From: Candidatus Brocadiia bacterium
GTDB taxonomy: Bacteria; Planctomycetota; Brocadiia; SM23-32
Assembly (NCBI GenBank): GCA_046538485.1
Contig: JBKHIT010000036.1
Span: 1 to 47,600 of the forward strand
Length of the DNA: 47,600 bases
Reading direction: 5' to 3'
In this document: positions 1-9,066 of the stretch, piece after piece
How the letters are laid out: the number at the start of each line of letters is the position of its first letter
Numbering within the stretch: the stretch's first letter is position 1
Translations under genes and position numbers: made by a program
Notes under the pieces: generated by a model
Databases searched by the model: none
Seen by the model: only the letters and a program-made list of their open reading frames with translations
Told to the model about the DNA's origin: nothing

Positions 1-42
1 GCACCGTTTACGACTCGGTGCTCTATCACGACAATTCACGCC

Positions 43-171
43 GTAGCCCGGGGTGATCCCGCCCCGCGGGAGAACCCGGGGTATAAGAAGCGAGTTTCTG
101 GGAAGAGTGGATCGCACGAACGAAGTTCGTCGCAGCAATATGCTGCGCTCGCCTCCGGCGAGGCGATCCAC
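43..171 (+). repeat. Composite GTAG-REP + four-way-junction element, copy A
   Basis: GTAG-CCCGGGG...CCCGGGG hairpin (43-81), ~25 nt spacer, then GTGGATCGC/GCGATCCAC stem (107-171) enclosing three hairpins; homologous to 368-497 and 22085-22238. Confidence 0.8.
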
Positions 172-201
172 GCGGGCACTGTAGGTTGAAACATAAGGAT
201 C

Positions 202-225
202 CCCACCGCAGGGGTGGGTTTTTTT
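202..225 (+). terminator. Rho-independent terminator
   Basis: CCCACC-gcagg-GGTGGG followed by T7. Confidence 0.7.
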
Positions 226-309
226 CTGCCCGAGTGTGTGCCTCGAACTCAGCTCAGCCCGTCGTCTGGAACCTGTTTGGTCCGCGTTCTGAACTCCAGC
301 CTCCGGCTG

Positions 310-624
310 GTATGCGTTTGGCGTGTCGACTGCCGTTCCAAAAGAGGCCCGTAGGGCCGGAGCAGACGTAGCCCCGGCGATCCCGTGTTGTTGGGAGGAG
401 CCCGGGGTTAGGGGTTTAAGAGGCGTGCCGGCGGAGCGCGCGAACTATGTTCGCCGCGGCAAACTTGCCGCGCTCGCCTCCGGCGAAGCGATCCGCCTCC
501 TTCGGCTGCTCCCCAACGGTAACCCGGGGCTCGCTGGGCCAAACAGCGGCCTCATTTCGCCCCGGGCTACGTCTGCCCCGCCCGCTCCGCGGGCTTACCG
601 ACAGCACCAGCGCTAAACGCATAC
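310..624. repeat. Nested inverted-repeat (REPIN/BIME-like) element, copy B, with central four-way junction
   Basis: IRs 310-323/611-624 (GTATGCGTTTGGCG/CGCTAAACGCATAC) and 362-380/557-576 (GCAGACGTAGCCC.../...GGGCTACGTCTGC); junction at 430-497. Confidence 0.8.
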
Positions 625-629
625 TCCGG

Positions 630-693
630 CTGAAGTGCAGTCCGCTCGCGGGGATTGAGACTTGAGTTCAGCTGAGTCCGCCAACCGCGGGCG
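630..693 (+). repeat. Second dispersed repeat unit, near-identical to 22014-22076
   Basis: CTGAAGT(G/C)CAGTCCGCTC(G/A)CGGG...GAGTTCAG(C/T)TGAG(T/C)CCGC..CGCGGGCG at both loci. Confidence 0.75.
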
Positions 694-963
694 AAGCGGA
701 ATTTACTGTGGCCGAAGAGGACGGATAAATTTCGCCCATCTTACGATGGGCTCGCAATGAGCCGTGGAGCGGTATTTTTGGGCTAAACCCATGCTCCCCC
801 GGGGCGGGGGCTGAAGTCAGGTCCGCGCATGGGCCGGGCGACAGGGCAGAGAAGTGGGTCTTTTTGTTTGCATGCGATACGTACTGCTCTATACTTCACA
901 CAAATAAAAATCGGCTGGATTGAAATGCACAAGGCCGAAAGTATAGCAGCACAGGAGGAGAAA

Positions 964-2493
964 ATGTCTGCCCGCCCCAACGTTCTGTTCATCATTTCCG
1001 ATCAGCACAACGCGAAAGTTCTGGGACACAAAGACCACCCTGACGTAAAAACACCGAACCTGGATCGCATGGCAGCCGAGGGTGTGCGATTCGACAATGC
1101 GATTACGCAGAACCCGATCTGCACGCCCAGCCGGGTGTCGTACTTTTCGGGTCAGTATTGCCACAACCACGGCTATTATGGTCTTAGCGGGCCGAACCCG
1201 AACGGATTGCCGAATTTGATAGGACATTTTCGACGCAGTGGTTATCGCACCAGTGCGATCGGGAAGATCCATTGTCCTGAGTACTGGATCGAGGACGGGG
1301 CCGACAATTACCACGAAACCTGCGGTTGTTCCATCGGGGGCCGCTCCAACGCATACACAGCTTTTCTCGAAGAACGCGGAAAACTCGACCTTGAGGACCA
1401 TGGCCGGCTGACGGAGTTCGGAGACAAAGGGCGTCAGTCGATGGAGGGCCGCCCCTCACCGCTCGAATTCGAAGAAGCGCAGGAAGGGTGGATTGCCCAT
1501 CAGACCATTGAGTTCATGAAGAATTGCCTGGAGAATGATGAACCGTTTTTCGCCCACGCGAGTCTTCCCCGGCCGCATCAGTGCACGGCTCCCAGCGAGC
1601 CGTTCTGGTCGATGTACGAGGAGGAAGACATCCACCTGCCTCCCAATGCGGATTACGAGATGGTCCACAAAGCCCCGCATTTCACGAGGACGGCTGAGAG
1701 CTGGCGGGAACGGGACTGGACGCTTTTCGAACCACACACTTTTGAAGCGGGTCGGCTCCGAAAACTTCACGGCTATCTGGGCGCCGTCAGCCAGGTCGAT
1801 CATTCGGTGGGACTGATGCTCGATTGGCTGAAGGAAAATGGAATTGCCGAGAACACGATCGTTGTCTATGGGAGCGATCACGGGGATTACGCGGCCGAGC
1901 ACGGAATCATGGAGAAAGCCCCCGGAATCTGCGCCGATGCCATCACCCGGATTCCTTTCATCTGGCACTGGGCGGGCCATTTCGAATCGGGTCATGAGGC
2001 CGATGAGGTCGTGGAGACCGTGGATATGGCTCCGACTCTCTGCCGCCTCGCTGGTCTTGAACCACTTGAAACCTTCGATGGAAAAGACATCTCTCCGCTA
2101 TTGGAAGGCGAAAACCAGCCGATCCACAAAATCGGCGTGACAGAATTTGCCTGGTCGAAGAGCGTTCGAAAAGACCAGTGGCGATTCGTGTATTATCCAC
2201 CGGAGATGTTCAAAGAAGAATACCCGGCAGGATTCGGGGAACTTTACAATCTGACAGAAGATCCGTGGGAAATGCAAAATCTTTATTTTGAGCCGGAATA
2301 TCAGGATAAGGTCAGGGAACTGCGCGGCGATCTTCTCGAATGGTTGATCACCACGACACGTCCGACGACGGTGCATACGGCTCCCAATTGGAACAGCCCC
2401 CACTCTTACACACGCTACAGGCACACGGTGGCTGAGGATTGGAAATTGCCCTGGGAGAAAATTCGCGAGTCGCGCACGCAGAACTACCTCTGA
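964..2493 (+). CDS. Sulfatase (Cys-type, S1 family)
   Basis: RPNVLFIISDQH, CTPSR, GKIH, SDHGD motifs; AGGAGG RBS before ATG 964. Confidence 0.95.
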   Translation: MSARPNVLFIISDQHNAKVLGHKDHPDVKTPNLDRMAAEGVRFDNAITQNPICTPSRVSYFSGQYCHNHGYYGLSGPNPNGLPNLIGHFRRSGYRTSAIGKIHCPEYWIEDGADNYHETCGCSIGGRSNAYTAFLEERGKLDLEDHGRLTEFGDKGRQSMEGRPSPLEFEEAQEGWIAHQTIEFMKNCLENDEPFFAHASLPRPHQCTAPSEPFWSMYEEEDIHLPPNADYEMVHKAPHFTRTAESWRERDWTLFEPHTFEAGRLRKLHGYLGAVSQVDHSVGLMLDWLKENGIAENTIVVYGSDHGDYAAEHGIMEKAPGICADAITRIPFIWHWAGHFESGHEADEVVETVDMAPTLCRLAGLEPLETFDGKDISPLLEGENQPIHKIGVTEFAWSKSVRKDQWRFVYYPPEMFKEEYPAGFGELYNLTEDPWEMQNLYFEPEYQDKVRELRGDLLEWLITTTRPTTVHTAPNWNSPHSYTRYRHTVAEDWKLPWEKIRESRTQNYL

Positions 2494-2532
2494 TGCCAGG
2501 GCTAAAGGAAGCGCGCAAAGGGAGCCGCTGAT

Positions 2533-3996
2533 ATGTCTGAAGATAGAAAAAACGCTGAGCGCCCGAATGTCATTCTGGTCTATACGGACCAGCAACGCTA
2601 TGATACCCTCGGTATCAACGGGAACGATCTGATCCAGACGCCCAATCTTGATGCATTCGGGAGAACGGGCGTGCATTTCCGGCAGGGGTATGTCAACAGT
2701 CCCATCTGCTTGCCGAGCCGAGTTGCGCTTTTCACCGGCCGTTACACCCACACGAACCGCAGCTACCACAACGGGGCGTTTATGTCGAGCCGGGAAGATG
2801 ACATGGCCACCGCTTTTCGGGAGAGCGGTTACAGAACCGCGCTTATCGGGAAAGATCATTGTTTTGGCATTTGGGAGCAGAGCCGATTGCCGCAATTTTT
2901 CGATCACCTTTACACGGGCCATCATCTCAATCTCAACGATGCAGCTCTGCAAATTCGGGAGCGGCTGAGCGAGGTCCGTGACGGAACAATGCAGGTTCCA
3001 ATGGCCGACAATCCGCTCGACGCTGACCAGGATATAACGGGGTTGTTGTTTGCCGACGCCCGGAAATATCTGGAAGACCAGGCGGAGAAAGGCGGCCGGC
3101 CTTTTTTTCTGTGGCTTTCGATTCCCGATCCTCATCCGCCGTACATGGTCTGTGAACCCTACGGGAGCATGTACGATGATCTGGAAATGCCACGGCCGGC
3201 CTGGCGGGAAGGGGAAATGTCGAACAAGCCCTATCGCCAGGAACTGGTCGTCGAATGGGATCGGTACAACCGCGATTATCCGGGCGAAGGGATCGACAGA
3301 CTTCGCCGCCTCTACTGGGGCATGGTCAGTTATATTGACGACGAGTTTGGGAAACTGATGCAAACGCTGGAGGGGACCGGTCTTGACGAGACCACCATCG
3401 TGATTTTTACGGCCGATCACGGCGATTATATGGGCGATCACCGGATGATACGCAAAGGCCCCCACGTTTATGAATCGCTGGTTCACGTGCCGCTGATCAT
3501 ACGCTGGGGAGGTCGGTTCCCGGCCCGTTCGACAGATGCACTGGCGTGTAACGTCGATATTTTCCCCACGCTTTGCGACCTGTGCGGAGTGGAACAACCG
3601 GAAGGAGTGCAGGGGCATAATCTATCGCCGTTGCTGCGGGGAGAGGAAGAGACCGTGCGCGAGGCTCTTTTCTTTGAGCATGGTTTTCCGGGGCAACCGG
3701 TGCAACCCGGCGAGCTTTCGGCTGAAGAATATGCCAAACTCAAAGATGACACCGGTCACCACCTGTGTAGAACCATTTCGCGGGGACGATGTCGAGGCGT
3801 GCGCTGGGATAATTGGAAGTACGTTTATAATCAGGGGGATGTTGACGAACTTTACGATTTGGGCGAGGATTATGAGGAGCTTTTCAATCTTGCTGATCTT
3901 CCCGAATATGAGGAGGTTGTACGCGAAGGACGCGATCGAGTTTTAGCGTGGGAAGTTGAGACCGAAGATCCGATTCCGGCTCAGCCGGAACGATAA
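2533..3996 (+). CDS. Sulfatase (Cys-type, S1 family)
   Basis: RPNVILVYTDQQR, CLPSR, GKDH, PDPHPP, ADHGD. Confidence 0.95.
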   Translation: MSEDRKNAERPNVILVYTDQQRYDTLGINGNDLIQTPNLDAFGRTGVHFRQGYVNSPICLPSRVALFTGRYTHTNRSYHNGAFMSSREDDMATAFRESGYRTALIGKDHCFGIWEQSRLPQFFDHLYTGHHLNLNDAALQIRERLSEVRDGTMQVPMADNPLDADQDITGLLFADARKYLEDQAEKGGRPFFLWLSIPDPHPPYMVCEPYGSMYDDLEMPRPAWREGEMSNKPYRQELVVEWDRYNRDYPGEGIDRLRRLYWGMVSYIDDEFGKLMQTLEGTGLDETTIVIFTADHGDYMGDHRMIRKGPHVYESLVHVPLIIRWGGRFPARSTDALACNVDIFPTLCDLCGVEQPEGVQGHNLSPLLRGEEETVREALFFEHGFPGQPVQPGELSAEEYAKLKDDTGHHLCRTISRGRCRGVRWDNWKYVYNQGDVDELYDLGEDYEELFNLADLPEYEEVVREGRDRVLAWEVETEDPIPAQPER

Positions 3997-4053
3997 AGGC
4001 GGCAAATTTTTCGTTGGCCTGTGGTTTTTGCATTAGATACGGTTTAAAAAAAC

Positions 4054-5565
4054 ATGATATCAACCGAGCAACTCCGAGATTCCCTTGATCAGGACAAGTT
4101 TTACGCCCCGATTTTTGGGGATGACGGCGCCGTTCTTGAAAGGAAAAAAGGTCTGGTTCGTCGCACATACGAGACTTTCCTGGCGCAATACGGGGATGTG
4201 GATCGTGTGGCTGTTTTTCACGTGCCGGGAAGGCTTGAGTTTACCGCGGGCAAACATACAGATTACGTCGGGTTGCCAGTGCCGAATTTTGCAGTGGACC
4301 GCGGTTTTATTGTCATTGCGGCATCCGGGTCGGATGATGTGATATCTATGGTAGAAGCTGACGATCGATGGGCCAGAATTTCTTTCGAAAGGCGGCAGTT
4401 GAGCGCAAATGTCTCGGCGATGGATGTTCCTTACCACGCGGAAGGTCAGGGGGACACGAACTGGAGACGGTATCCTATGTCGGTGCTCCAACGGCTTCTC
4501 AGGGATTTTGACCGCGCCCATTCTTTTGGGGGAGCGCGTTTGGCTTTTAGCAGTGATCTGCCGCCGGCTTCGGGGATGAGCTCTTCGTCCGCACTCATGG
4601 TGATGACGCTGATAGCATATGGTTCCGCTACGGGTCTGCTGAGCAGCGATCATTTCCGCGAAATAATAGCCGGCAGAGATTATGAGGGAACTCTGCAAAA
4701 CCTGGCTTTATATGCGGCTTGTTGCGAGAATGGAGCCGATTTTCACAATGTTCATAAGAATATTTTGCTTGAGGGACGTGCCGGAGTGGGCACTTTTGGC
4801 GGTTCGCAGGACCACGTGGCGATGTTGCTGGGCCGGCGCGGATACCTGGGTATCAATGACTTTCGTCCCATCAGACATATTGAAGATATCCCTTGGCCGG
4901 ATGATCTTGCTGTTGTTGTTTGTTACGCGCAGCCGGCTTCGAAAACTGAATCGGCGCGCGAAGGTTTCAACCGGCTGAGAAGGCGTGCCGATGAGGTCGC
5001 GAAAGTTGTTGGAAAATGGGCCGGGAAAGATGGCGGCTACCAACATATCGGTGCGGTCATTGATGATATTCAGTCGCTTGAACGGTACAAAATCGAAAAT
5101 TTATTGCGCAGCAAAGCGGCATATCGAGAGGACAAATTACTGGCAAGGTGGGAAATGGCCTGCGTTCAAGCCGTTCGGCATCTGCCGGAGGTCATTGAAT
5201 GTCTGCGGGAGAGCAATTATCCGAGACTGGGCGAGGTCACCAACCGAGAACACGCTCTTTCGTATCTAAATCTTGAGAATATTTCGCCGCTTGTGGATAC
5301 ACTGCAAAAATGTGCTGTTGTGTCGGGAGCCTATGGGGCGAGTGGATTCGGAGGTGGGTTCGGCGGATCGCTGTTCTCTCTGGTGGGAAGCGAAGAGTCT
5401 GGTGAATTTATGCAGGAATGGTGCGAACGCGGGCGTCCCCATCTTGAGAAATTCCAGGAGACACGTCCAGATTTGCGTTACTCACCCACTTTCTTCCAGG
5501 TCAGACCTTCCTCGGGGGCGTGTCGATTGTTTGAAAAGGAAAGACGTCTGTTCCCTTCAGGATGA
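4054..5565 (+). CDS. GHMP-family (galactokinase-like) sugar kinase
   Basis: VPGRLEF..GKHTDY, LPPASGMSSSSA ATP-binding loop, GGGFGG. Confidence 0.88.
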   Translation: MISTEQLRDSLDQDKFYAPIFGDDGAVLERKKGLVRRTYETFLAQYGDVDRVAVFHVPGRLEFTAGKHTDYVGLPVPNFAVDRGFIVIAASGSDDVISMVEADDRWARISFERRQLSANVSAMDVPYHAEGQGDTNWRRYPMSVLQRLLRDFDRAHSFGGARLAFSSDLPPASGMSSSSALMVMTLIAYGSATGLLSSDHFREIIAGRDYEGTLQNLALYAACCENGADFHNVHKNILLEGRAGVGTFGGSQDHVAMLLGRRGYLGINDFRPIRHIEDIPWPDDLAVVVCYAQPASKTESAREGFNRLRRRADEVAKVVGKWAGKDGGYQHIGAVIDDIQSLERYKIENLLRSKAAYREDKLLARWEMACVQAVRHLPEVIECLRESNYPRLGEVTNREHALSYLNLENISPLVDTLQKCAVVSGAYGASGFGGGFGGSLFSLVGSEESGEFMQEWCERGRPHLEKFQETRPDLRYSPTFFQVRPSSGACRLFEKERRLFPSG

Positions 5566-5642
5566 TCAAAAAAGCTGTCGTTTGAGCGGCGAAGACTGGG
5601 CTGTTAAATTATACGTCTTTCGGACTCCAAGGAGAATGCACG

Positions 5643-7091
5643 ATGCGGATTCTTTACTACGATATTGATACGCTCAGACCCGACCATCTGGGTTGCTACG
5701 GTTACCTCAGGGATACATCGCCCAACATCGATAGGGTTGCAGCCGATGGCGTGCGATTCGATCAATGTTACGTCAGCGATGCCCCGTGTTTGCCTTCGCG
5801 GGCCTCTCTGTTCACCGGACGATTTGGCATTCATTCAGGGATAGTAAACCATGGCGGCAGCAATGCGGATCTGCGCATCGTCGGTCAGGAGAGGGGGTTT
5901 CGCTGGGGCCCTACAAGACAATCCTGGATCACGGGACTTCGTGATGGCGGGTATTACACCGTGAGCGTGAGTCCTTTCGCGGAGAGACACAGCGCGTACT
6001 GGTTCTATCATGGATTTCGGGAGATGCACAACCCCGGCAAAGGCGGAGGCGAAATTGCGTCCGATGTCGTACCTCAGGCTATCGATTGGTTGAAAAATCA
6101 TGGCGGAGAAGATGACTGGTTCCTGCATGTAAATGTATGGGATCCTCACTGCGCATATCGAACGCCACTGGATTTCGGGAATCCGTTCGAGAATGAACCG
6201 ATCGATGACTGGTTGAGCGAAGAACTCATTCGGGAACAGATGCAGGGTTTTGGCTCTCACAGCGCCCTGGATATCGGAGGTTTCGGTCCGGGACCGGATT
6301 TGCCGAGAGTCCCTTCCCAGATTACATCCATGGGCGATTTCAAGCGCTGGATTGATGGTTACGATACCGGAATCCGGTATGCGGATATGCATCTCGGGTT
6401 GATTCTGGATGAATTGCAGGAACAGGGCATTTTGGACGAAACCGCCATTATCATCAGTTCCGACCACGGTGAGAATCAGGGCGAACTCAATATCTACGGG
6501 GACCATCAGACGGCTGATCTGAACACAACCCGCGTGCCTCTCGTGATCCGATGGCCCGGCGTGCCGGCCGGGCGCGCGGACAGCGCGTTGCATTATGCGA
6601 CCGACATGTCCGCCACGGTTCTGGACCTCGTGGGTAGCGATATCCCGGAGAATTGGGACGGTCAGAGTTTCGCGGAGCCGTTTCAGGAAGGTCGTGAAGA
6701 CGGACGGGATTATCTGGTTTCTGCCAACTGTGCCTGGAGCTGTCAGCGAGCCGTGCGATGGGGTGACTGGCAGTTTCTGCGAACCTACCATGACGGGTTG
6801 AAGGATTTGCAGCCGAAGATGCTGTTCAACGTTGCGGAAGATCCGCATCTCATTCAGGATCTGACAGATAAGCGTCCGGAAATCGTTAATGAAGGGATGG
6901 CCAGGCTCGAACAGTGGAAGGCCGACATGATGGCCACTTCGGAATCGGCTGTTGATCCCATGTGGAATGTGATACGTGAAGGAGGCCCCTTCCACACCAG
7001 GGGACGACTGGAGCCGTACTGCCAGAGACTTCGCGAAACCGACCGAGGTCACCACGCCGCTGTGCTGGAGGCCCGCCATGCCGGCGAATAA
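5643..7091 (+). CDS. Sulfatase (Cys-type)
   Basis: DIDTLRPDHLGCYGY, CLPSR, WDPH, SDHGE; AAGGAG RBS. Confidence 0.95.
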   Translation: MRILYYDIDTLRPDHLGCYGYLRDTSPNIDRVAADGVRFDQCYVSDAPCLPSRASLFTGRFGIHSGIVNHGGSNADLRIVGQERGFRWGPTRQSWITGLRDGGYYTVSVSPFAERHSAYWFYHGFREMHNPGKGGGEIASDVVPQAIDWLKNHGGEDDWFLHVNVWDPHCAYRTPLDFGNPFENEPIDDWLSEELIREQMQGFGSHSALDIGGFGPGPDLPRVPSQITSMGDFKRWIDGYDTGIRYADMHLGLILDELQEQGILDETAIIISSDHGENQGELNIYGDHQTADLNTTRVPLVIRWPGVPAGRADSALHYATDMSATVLDLVGSDIPENWDGQSFAEPFQEGREDGRDYLVSANCAWSCQRAVRWGDWQFLRTYHDGLKDLQPKMLFNVAEDPHLIQDLTDKRPEIVNEGMARLEQWKADMMATSESAVDPMWNVIREGGPFHTRGRLEPYCQRLRETDRGHHAAVLEARHAGE

Positions 7092-7164
7092 GCCGGCGTG
7101 TCGCCATTGCGCGGACAGAAACCGCCCGTCTGAATGTCCTCGGTTAATTTAAAGAAAGAAGCCG

Positions 7165-8136
7165 ATGGAACGTTTTGATCGCGATCAGCTTGAAGCCGCT
7201 GTGCGGGTTCACCGACCCGGGATCCATGGAGATCTTGAGTTCGAGCCCATTCGCACGGGAAAATTTAACACATCGTACTACGTTCGGGGCGATGGGGAGC
7301 AAATGGTGTTGCGAATCGCGCCCTCACCTGAGAGCGTGTTTTGCTTCTACGAAAAAGATATGATGCGACAGGAGCCGGAGATCCATTCTCGGCTTCGTGA
7401 GGAAACCGAAGTGCCGGTGGCCGAGATTTTTGCGTTCGACGATACAAAAGAAACGATCGGTCGGGATTATCTCTTGATGGAAAGACTTCCCGGCCGTGCC
7501 CTTACAGATGCGCGGGGAGTGGATCAGTCCCGTGTGCTGCGTCAGGTCGGTGAATATCTTGCCCGGACGCATGAGTTGAGTATCGATCGTTACGGTTACG
7601 TTGGTCCACATAAACCCATGCGGCCTCAGGATAGCTGGGTGGAGGCGTTTCAGGTTATGTGGAATAAACTCATCGACGATGTTGTCGATGTGGGGCATTA
7701 CGATGAGGATGAAAGTTCACTGCTGCGGAGATTGCTGGAAGATAATCTTGAGTTGTTTGATCGAGATGAGCCCGCCAGGCTGCTGCACATGGATATCTGG
7801 TCTCAGAATATCCTCGTGGACAGCAAAAGCCGGGTTACGGGATTGGTCGATTGGGATCGCGCTTTGTGGGGTGATCCGGAGATTGAATTTGCCGTTCTTG
7901 ATTACTGCGGGATATCGCGACCGGCTTTCTGGGAAGGTTATGGCCGGCGGCGGGATGCGACCCGCGAGGCGCGAGTGAGGCAGATCTTCTATTTGTTGTA
8001 CGAACTGCAGAAATACATCGTCATTCGGGAAGGACGAGGCCATGATTCTGCCCGTGCCCGCTCTTACAAGAGACAGGTGATGGAGATGGTGCGACGCGAT
8101 TTGCTGAATACGGGTCAGACGGGTCTTTACCGATGA
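7165..8136 (+). CDS. APH/choline-kinase-family phosphotransferase
   Basis: VLRIAP, LLHMDIWSQNILV (Brenner motif), GLVDWD. Confidence 0.88.
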   Translation: MERFDRDQLEAAVRVHRPGIHGDLEFEPIRTGKFNTSYYVRGDGEQMVLRIAPSPESVFCFYEKDMMRQEPEIHSRLREETEVPVAEIFAFDDTKETIGRDYLLMERLPGRALTDARGVDQSRVLRQVGEYLARTHELSIDRYGYVGPHKPMRPQDSWVEAFQVMWNKLIDDVVDVGHYDEDESSLLRRLLEDNLELFDRDEPARLLHMDIWSQNILVDSKSRVTGLVDWDRALWGDPEIEFAVLDYCGISRPAFWEGYGRRRDATREARVRQIFYLLYELQKYIVIREGRGHDSARARSYKRQVMEMVRRDLLNTGQTGLYR

Positions 8137-8176
8137 ACTGAATAATGGTTTCCTTTTGACCGTTGGCCGGGACAAA

Positions 8177-9037
8177 ATGAACATTGAAATGATCGCAGAT
8201 TACGCGTGTGAAACCGGTGAGAATCCTCTCTGGCATCCGGATGAGAAGAAGTTGTACTGGGTGGATATTCCGAATGGACGGATGTTTCGATATGATCCTC
8301 AGAGCGGTGAACACGAGCCGTGCTACCAGGGCGAAGTCGTGGGAGGTTTTACCGTTCAGCAGGACGGCGCGCTGCTTTTATTTATGGCACGAGGTGCTGT
8401 TAAAACATGGCGCGAAGGCGTTCTTGAAACGATTATCCCGGAAATTCCGGGAGAACGCGATTCCCGCTTCAATGATGTGATTGCGGACCCGGAAGGTCGG
8501 GTTTTCTGCGGAACGATGTCGACTGACAAGCGGAAGGGCCGGCTCTATCGCCTGGATACGAATGGTGAGCTCAACGTTGTGGTTGAGGAGGTCGGCACCT
8601 CGAACGGGCTGGGCTTTACGCTCGATCGCAGCAAGATGTACCATACCGATACCCGAACGGGGAGGATTTATCTCTACGATTACGATCGGGAAAGTGGAGA
8701 GATCTCGGAACGACGCACGTTTTTACAGGCACCGCAGGAATCGGGAGGTCCTGACGGAATGACGGTCGATTCGGAAGGTTGCGTGTGGGTGGCTTTCTGG
8801 GGAGGCTCGCGGATCGCTCGTTATTCGCGCGACGGGGAGGAGCTGGAGCGGATTGAGTTTCCCGCGAAGAAAGTCTCGTCAGTAACATTTGGGGGCAAGG
8901 ATTACGGCGACTTGTATGTTACCACGGCCGGTGGCGACAACAAAGCAGAAGATGGCGAGGGTGCCGGGGCTTTGTTCCGCGTTGAGGGGAAAATCAAGGG
9001 GTTACCTGAATTCCGCTCCGCAATCGGTCAGCAATAA
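8177..9037 (+). CDS. SMP-30/gluconolactonase family protein
   Basis: TGENPLW, RFND, SNGLGF, PDGMTVD, SSVTFGG. Confidence 0.93.
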   Translation: MNIEMIADYACETGENPLWHPDEKKLYWVDIPNGRMFRYDPQSGEHEPCYQGEVVGGFTVQQDGALLLFMARGAVKTWREGVLETIIPEIPGERDSRFNDVIADPEGRVFCGTMSTDKRKGRLYRLDTNGELNVVVEEVGTSNGLGFTLDRSKMYHTDTRTGRIYLYDYDRESGEISERRTFLQAPQESGGPDGMTVDSEGCVWVAFWGGSRIARYSRDGEELERIEFPAKKVSSVTFGGKDYGDLYVTTAGGDNKAEDGEGAGALFRVEGKIKGLPEFRSAIGQQ

Positions 9038-9066
9038 AGCATTTTGCCGGGGCCGATTTCCCAGAC

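Noticed and set aside
1..21. GCACCG...CGGTGC hairpin resembling a tracrRNA 3' stem
   Set aside because: Only 6 bp, at the window edge, and no cas genes or CRISPR array
107..171. Cloverleaf as a tRNA gene
   Set aside because: 3-nt loops, no 7-nt anticodon loop, no TTC T-loop or D-loop consensus in position
186..665. Short ORFs over the first repeat cluster (also 21629-22332)
   Set aside because: Translations of GC-rich palindromes; no RBS or protein-like composition
2098..3618. Long antisense ORFs (also 5835-7079 and 37365-38681) and off-frame ORF 26885-27772
   Set aside because: Shadow ORFs of well-supported genes with high GC3; no motifs
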